From Leptogorgia sarmentosa (taxonomy: Eukaryota), in NCBI GenBank assembly GCA_964658305.1, contig OZ210885.1, positions 23,746,001 through 23,810,000 on the forward strand: 64,000 bases of DNA, read 5' to 3'. The notes under the pieces were generated by a model, which was not told where the DNA came from, did not search any database, and saw only the letters and a program-made list of their open reading frames with translations. How positions within the stretch are numbered: the first letter of the stretch is position 1; each line of letters opens with the position of its first letter. A program made the position numbers and the translations under genes. This document shows positions 61,213 to 64,000 of this stretch, piece after piece.

Positions 61213-64000
61213 TATAATGTTTCCATATTCCAACTCGCGTTGTAACTGCTCACTGACATTAACTGACACCACCGCTGCTGTCAACTCGAGCCTTGGTATA
61301 GTCCCCGGCTTGAGTGGGGTCACTCTGGCTTTGCCCATGACGAAGGTGCAGTTGACATTCCCTTTCTCGTTTTCTATCCTCAGATAAGAACATTGTCCAT
61401 ATCCTTTATTACTTGCATCGGAAAAATGGTGTAACTGAACATTGGTGACATTACCAAAGTTAGCGGGTTTGTAGCATCGTGGTACTGATAGACTTCCGAC
61501 GTCAAGAAGCTCCGTTATCCATTTTTCCCATCTGGCTCTTACGTTGTCAGGAACTGGATCGTCCCAATGTACTTTATCTTTGCAGAGCATTTGTAGCAGG
61601 CTTTTGCCTTCCAATAGGACTGGGGCCAAGAAGCCCAGGGGGTCGTAAATCGAACTGACCATCGACAACATTCCTCTTCTCGTACACGGACGGTCCTTTA
61701 ACGTTATTTTGTATTGAAACACATCATTTTCGATGCACCACTGTACCCCAAGGACCCGTTCGACTGGCAACCTGTCGCAGTCCAAATCAATTTCCTTGAT
61801 ACCTTCAGCCCTATCTTCCACTGGGATTGATTCTATCACTTCCTTTTCATTCGATGTGAATTTGTGTAAATTAAAGCCTCCCCGTCTGCACATCTCTTTG
61901 ATAAGGCATATCAAGCTCACTGCTTCGGCGATTGTCGGGACAGATTTTAGGCCATCGTCTACGTAAAAGTCTTTACGGAGAAAATTGGCTGGTTCCACAC
62001 CTAGGTCCCTTTCGTTATCGTCCGCCGTACGTTTTAGTGCAAAATTTGCATATGCAGGGGATGAAACCGCACCAAACAGATGCACTGTCATTCTAAATTC
62101 CTCAGGCTCATTTGCAAGATCGCCGTCTTTCCACCACAGGAACTTTCACCTGGCAAAACGTGGCCTCGATATCGCACATCACCGCGACTGGCTCCTTCCT
62201 AAACCTCCCGAGGACACCAACCAGGTTATTCGTCAGGTCGGGACCTTGTAATAACTGTTGATTAAGCGACTGGCCTCCAAACTCCGCAGAACAATCAAAA
62301 ACTACTCGAATTTTCCCCGGCTTCTTTGGGTGATAAACCCCGTGATGGGGAATAAACCATACCCTTTTTCCACTTTTCGCTTCTACTGGGGTAGCCTGTT
62401 CCGCGTATCCTTTCGCAATCATGTCGTTCATAAATTTAACATAGTCCTGTTCGTATTGTTTATCCCTTAGAAACCTTTTCTTCAGCTGGATCAAACGCCG
62501 TAAAGCTAACTCACGATTGTTTGGTAAGTCGGGATCTTGTTGTTTCAAGGGAAGCGGCATTTTGTAGCGCCCATCGTCGCACCGACTGATACCCTCTTCC
62601 GCAATTTCATAAATCTTCGATCTTCTTGTGAAAGTCCCCGTGCTTCGACATTCCGTTCTGAAAAATCCGCTTCAAACATTTTCTTTACCGCAGCAGGGTT
62701 TATTATTTCTTTGCACCTACTTTCAACAACGAAGGCGTGACTTGCGTTCTTTGATCCAGAAATTTCTCGGGTAACGATCCTACTACACATTGCCAGATCT
62801 TCGCGGCTCTCTTGTTTCTCATCACCATGTACTGGACCAATTATTCCCCAACCCAGAAGTGTCCTAATGGCGTACGGGTCATCTCCCTTACCTAAAATCA
62901 CTTCTCGAGGTTTAAGAGCTCTCGGACAATTGCATCCTATCAAAATTCCCACGTCAACGTCGGGTTGATAAGGATAAATTTTGGTGTTTATTCTTTTGAG
63001 GTGGGGCCATCTTTCCGAAGTTTCTGGCGTGGGGATCTGGTTTCGTCTAAAGGGAATCCTTTCCTTCGAATATGCCTTTGGGAGTGGTATCTCCACCCTT
63101 TTATCCATGCGTCTTACGACAAGGCCATCAACTCTTTGTGTTGGGATTTCTTCTTTCCCAAGCATTGTGGACAGATTGAGCTTCACATTAACTCCTGTAA
63201 CTCCCAAGTCTTCAAGGACTTTCTCAGAAACAAAGGTAGTGTCACTGGCGTCGTCGAGGAGCGCGTACACCATAATTTCGTGGTTTGTATCGTTTTTGTG
63301 GTGCAACAGCACCTCTTGCTTCACGAATACGACTAAGTCATGGAATTGAACTAGTGCTTCTTTCCTTTTCCTAAGCTCAAAGGCGAGACGACACCACTTT
63401 ACGCAAGCATAAGATGGTAGCTTCGCGCTGACGTGTTTTAGGGTTTCCGTTGAGTTTAAATCATCCATAAATTTCATTGTTTTCATAGCTTCCTCGCACC
63501 GTGACATAAAGTCAGACAACTCTCGCAATCCCTTGCCGTCACCTTCACTGACTGGTGGCCATGATTTCAATTTTGCTTTATAGGATTGAGAGACAAGATA
63601 CGGATCCCCAAAGCATTGTGACAACAGCTTCTTTGCATCCTTATAGCCATTCTCAGAATTCGACGATACCCACGCTTTAATGATTTCGTTTGCCTTTCCA
63701 GTGGTGTACTTGTTTAGAAAGTACAGCCTCTCTGTGTCATCCAATACTCTCTTTTCAATTATGATTTCAAAGGCTCGCATGAAGGAGGGGAAATCAAAGA
63801 AGTTCCCATTGAAAATAGGGGGCTCTTGTACCGGCAATGATTGCCTTCGTTGTTGCTCTGCGATCATAACACTCAGTTCGGTCTGCTTGTTTTAAAGTTT
63901 AATCATTTCTTGTAAGGCAGTGTCATTAGCAGCTAATGGGAAGCTTATTGTAGATTGATTTATGACGTTATTATCCGTGCCGTTTCTGGGGTTTGAATCA

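Larger units (their letters stand above)
56149..64000 (-). mobile_element. BEL/Pao gag-pol (gag, protease, RT, RNase H, integrase) with deletions and two DNA-transposon insertions; runs off the window end
   Basis: YALLDDASDTTF, WFIPHHGVYHPKKPGKIRVVFDCSA, FYVDDGL, LHHFSDAS..GYG, TIPRLELTAA, FWTDS, NPADDASRG, LRVGGRL, VDYFGP, SDQGTNF, HMGGSWER. Confidence 0.95.

Overview
This is eukaryotic (animal) DNA, most likely a marine invertebrate such as a cnidarian; that assignment is inferred from the transposon repertoire and GT-AG introns. I found no convincing host gene, rRNA, intact tRNA or CRISPR array. The window is a dense pile of nested, mostly degenerate transposable elements. LTR elements: four BEL/Pao copies and two Gypsy pieces. 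Non-LTR elements: a CRE-clade element with an N-terminal SAP-like motif, a full-length RTEX-like element nested in it, a Crack/L2-like element and an older L2/CR1 piece. DNA transposons: EnSpm, IS3EU-like, two Kolobok elements with convergent transposase and KolX genes, a P-like element carrying a second C2H2 gene, a near-complete Academ, a DD38E Tc1-like element, a TRT-like element with long TIRs, and several MITEs. A probably TE-borne RecQ-like helicase is split at its Walker A motif. Many boundaries can be fixed from TIRs, TSDs and restoration of the interrupted reading frame. The most interesting signals are (1) a head-to-tail dimer of an Academ-type element whose copies share one terminal TA inside a single TSD pair, resembling a circle junction; (2) a P-like element with an unexplained convergent zinc-finger gene; (3) mirror-image promoter-like motifs at both ends of the two-gene P-like and Kolobok elements. 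Family names come from motif recognition by eye, not database searches. Boundaries without a TSD are approximate.
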